A stretch of 7,392 nucleotides of DNA, taken from positions 1-7,392 of the forward strand of contig NW_021828900.1 of assembly GCF_006345805.1 (NCBI RefSeq), in the 5' to 3' direction. This document shows positions 7,076-7,392 of the stretch, piece after piece. Numbering within the stretch: position 1 is the first letter of the stretch; each line of letters starts with the position of its first letter. The position numbers and the translations under genes were made by a program. The notes under the pieces were generated by a model that was not told the origin of the DNA, made no database searches, and saw only the letters and a list, made by a program, of their open reading frames with translations. The DNA is from Octopus sinensis. Taxonomy: Eukaryota.

Positions 7076-7392
7076 ACAAGTCAACGTATCTGTTGAATGC
7101 ATGTGCTTATCTGCATGTCTTTATATGTGGTTATATACATGTCAACGATGTCAGTGTTTGATTCATTATAAGAACATTAATGCTTTTGAGGTCTTCCTCT
7201 AATTCACATTACTTTAACCTCAAAATTCATTATAGGCAGACAGTAACTTTCAGCCATTTTAGCATGAGCACATCCATTTTCCATAAATTACTTTTAACTA
7301 AGTATTCAATAGGATCCCTACAGGCAATATGAACGACAACATTAAAAATATAATATTGGTTAATAACTATTATATGTCATCTAGATAGACTT

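Noticed and set aside
5229-7202. Long ORFs rich in I/Y/M/C/V/H/T
   Set aside because: Stop-free translations of (ATG)n, (ATCT)n, (TATG)n and (TA/CA)n microsatellites.
7184-7225. 9-bp inverted repeat ttttgaggt/acctcaaaa
   Set aside because: Too short and isolated to distinguish from chance; no TSD or other element features.

Overview
AT-rich, microsatellite-dense eukaryotic DNA with no intact host gene. The repeat spectrum resembles what I remember of octopus/cephalopod genomes; this is inference, not a database result. From left to right: (1) a diverged tandem pair of short AT-rich units and a Penelope-like terminal repeat, both with hammerhead-ribozyme-like cores; (2) a ~3.0 kb 5'-truncated R4/Dong-clade non-LTR retrotransposon on the minus strand (RT, CCHC knuckle, restriction-like endonuclease), lying between two (TAA)n tracts and broken almost only by single-base deletions; (3) the 3' half of a Tc1/mariner transposase containing a 39-bp inverted copy of its own, otherwise missing, first catalytic motif; (4) a 5'-truncated fragment encoding the C-terminus of AP-1/AP-2 beta-adaptin, bracketed by exact 23-bp direct repeats; (5) a tRNA-derived SINE; (6) about 2 kb of compound microsatellites. 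Most ORFs in the supplied track are frameshifted pieces of the retroelement or spurious translations of microsatellite. I found no convincing evidence of a wholly new biological system. The best leads are the adaptin capture, the templated inversion in the Tc1 and the possibly intact microsatellite-targeting Dong element.
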